A DNA stretch of 64,000 nucleotides from Acidimicrobiales bacterium (GTDB lineage Bacteria; Actinomycetota; Acidimicrobiia; Acidimicrobiales; JAKAVM01). Positions 63,787 through 64,000 of the stretch are shown here, in pieces; the stretch's first letter is position 1; each line of letters starts with the position of its first letter. The position numbers and the translations under genes were made by a program. Where the stretch lies: positions 38,925 to 102,924 of the forward strand of contig DAIDHF010000003.1 in the NCBI GenBank assembly GCA_027452005.1, written 5' to 3'. The notes under the pieces are model-generated. The model made no database searches and was not told the origin of the DNA. It worked only from the letters and a program-made list of their open reading frames with translations.

Positions 63787-64000
63787 ATGTCACGAGAGAT
63801 TTGGGCCCGCAGTTTATGGGAGCAGGTTGAAATCCGGGCCCAGGACACCCCGGATGCCACGATGGTCGTGGACGAGAATTCAAGGTCGATGACTTTTGGA
63901 GAGTATCTGGTTAGATGTGAACAGGCAGCTGCCGGGCTAAAAGCCATGGGCGTGAAATCCGGTGAGGTAGTTTCCTGGGAGCTCCCTACGTGGATCGAGT
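63787..64000 (+). CDS. Probable acyl-CoA synthetase, 3'-truncated by the window edge
   Basis: ATG 63787 follows the RBS agaggag. The frame MSREIWARSLWEQVEIRAQDTPDATMVVDENSRSMTFGEYLVRCEQAAAGLKAMGVKSGEVVSWELPTW is open and resembles ANL-ligase N-termini. Confidence 0.5.
   Translation, partial: MSREIWARSLWEQVEIRAQDTPDATMVVDENSRSMTFGEYLVRCEQAAAGLKAMGVKSGEVVSWELPTWIE

Noticed and set aside
1-64000. A window-wide look for CRISPR arrays, rRNA and tRNA genes.
   Set aside because: No regularly spaced short direct repeats with unique spacers were seen, and no cloverleaf-like or rRNA-like conserved stretches were noticed by eye. A tRNAscan/Infernal run would be needed for certainty.

Overview
This is a 64-kb chromosomal segment of moderate GC (roughly 50-55% by eye). 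The gene content looks actinobacterial: a Kgd-type fused E1/E2 2-oxoglutarate dehydrogenase and many GTG/TTG starts. An Acidimicrobiia-like origin is only an inference. No rRNA, tRNA or CRISPR array was recognised.

Layout:
(1) 1-10.2 kb: a giant surface protein, 5'-truncated by the window edge (more than 2,680 aa). It contains IPT/TIG domains, beta-helix modules and 14 YVTN blades. It is translationally coupled to a secreted 711-aa protein built from an unnamed 42-aa GYW...DGGVF.FG repeat plus an unassigned beta-rich C-terminal domain.
(2) 10.4-19.6 kb: housekeeping genes (LysR/YeiH divergon, msrA, GH38-like hydrolase, SIS protein, aconitase).
(3) 19.6-22.6 kb: a GC-richer 3-kb insertion directly after the aconitase stop. 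It is bracketed by an imperfect 44-bp direct repeat and carries two copies of an IS5-family transposase N-terminal segment, a SAM methyltransferase and an MTHFR-like gene.
(4) 22.7-31 kb: an acyl-CoA synthetase, a UbiB kinase and an orphan RHS C-terminal toxin fragment with an in-frame TAG and a candidate immunity gene. These are followed by a second secreted repeat protein whose internal 250 bp is duplicated as a gene fragment just upstream of its own start.
(5) 31-43 kb: queD-queC-queE plus a hydrolase, a LmbE/GH20/GNAT trio, kgd, fabZ and xthA.
(6) 43.2-44.3 kb: an internally deleted IS605-type element (tnpA and tnpB remnants).
(7) 44-64 kb: a large lipid/CoA-ester catabolic cluster (four AMP-ligases, crotonase, cyclase, LLM monooxygenase, two SDRs, SGNH hydrolase, IclR, thiolase + DUF35, Zn-ADH). 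It is interrupted by a lower-GC lipoprotein islet and by a tandem pair of Trp-motif membrane proteins.

The most checkable unusual signals are:
- a G11 tract inside the spacer of a TTGACA/TACCAT promoter in front of the lipoprotein genes
- a textbook promoter whose spacer is a KstR-like TAGAACCTGTTCT palindrome
- a TCTGACGA-N3-GTCA motif recurring at two operon starts
- the orphan RHS module
- the 3-kb insertion at acnA

All functional calls rest on motifs read by eye from the translations. No database search was run.
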